From Camelus ferus (taxonomy: Eukaryota), in assembly GCF_009834535.1 (NCBI RefSeq), contig NC_045696.1, positions 93,002,001 through 93,066,000 on the forward strand: DNA of 64,000 nucleotides, read 5' to 3'. A program made the position numbers and the translations under genes. This document shows positions 63,111 through 64,000 of the stretch, one piece after another. A model generated the notes under the pieces. The model made no database searches. It had not been told where the DNA came from and saw nothing but the letters and a program-made list of their open reading frames with translations. Each line of letters starts with the position of its first letter. Within the stretch, counting starts at the first letter, position 1.

Positions 63111-64000
63111 CCGTTTGTTTTAAATACTTGGCATAACTATCCTCTTGACTAGACCCCAGTTGATACCATACACCAGGAGGGACAGCTAGAGCCAACCAGG
63201 GAGATGGCAAAGATTGGAGCAGAGAGTCAGCAACTAGAGAAGAGGTCTAGGGCTGAACTGGAGGCAGGAATTGGAAGGGGGATTTCTAAGGCAATCCCAC
63301 TAATTCAGCTAATGCCTTCTCTTTGGCGAGGTGCATTGTCATAACAGCATGACTATTAGCATTTCCTACTCTCTAGCCGACTGGGCTTGCAGAAGGTCAT
63401 CCACTCTTTAGGACTTGGATTTACAATATGCAAAATATGTGGATTAGTCTAGATGAATTCTATGTTTCCTTTCAGCTCTAAGTTTCTCTTGAGCCAGTTG
63501 ACAATTTTGCTCAGGGTCAGTTCAGAAAAGCTATCACATTTCTTTCCATATGCTAAGTGAAGACAGGCTTAAGAAAGCAGAATGATTTGGCTTCATGGTG
63601 TGCACTGCCTCCTGGACAGGTAACAGAAATGTTTTGTATAGTCCCTGCCGAGCTCAGATAAGAAAACTTAACAAAAAGCACTGCCACGTAGCAACAAGCA
63701 TGTCACAGAGCGGCATGTTACACGTCAGTATGATTGTGTTTAAAAGGTGGTCCTTCCAAAAGTGTGACAGCAAAATAAAGTGAGAGCCAGAAAGCTAATA
63801 AGCTAATTAAGTTGGGGTGGAATAAAACTAGATGTTGTGCTGGATTTCTGAATGTGATGTAATTAAAATGACTATGCGTTTGTCTTCCTGTATGCAAAAT
63901 GTAATGCCTTTTCTGAACAAGTTTCCCAAGAAGGAATAAATTCATTTGTTTGTTTACCACTCTTCAAAGAACCAGCCTTCCTTTTATTTTGAGTCTGTTA

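Noticed and set aside
1..64000. Prokaryote-type systems (CRISPR arrays, operons) and rRNA
   Set aside because: The sequence is mammalian and repeat-laden; no regularly spaced repeat-spacer array or rRNA motif was seen.

Overview
Mammalian genomic DNA, most likely a camelid, judged from tRNA-derived Vic-1-like SINEs and camelid-type L1 3' tails recognised from memory. The window is repeat-rich (L1, L2, MIR, CR1, MaLR and ERV1 LTRs, DNA transposons, microsatellites) and I found no intact protein-coding gene. The main signal is hidden from the ORF track: a decayed multi-exon gene on the minus strand from about 57.8 kb to about 17.5 kb. Its 5' part translates, across stops and frameshifts, into motifs resembling a talin/kindlin-type FERM head (F0, F1, F2 with a PH-like insert, F3). 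Its 3' part is a chain of 14 AG/GT-bounded exons with almost fully compatible phases, ending in a stop codon and AATAAA. I interpret it as a unitary pseudogene of a FERM gene I cannot name, possibly still spliced as a non-coding RNA. Domain similarities and repeat family names are by-eye comparisons and need HMM/RepeatMasker confirmation. Other notable items are an internally deleted (possibly spliced) L1 bounded by one TSD, a ~310 bp palindromic element, three LTR-in-LTR nests and a strong CTCF motif.
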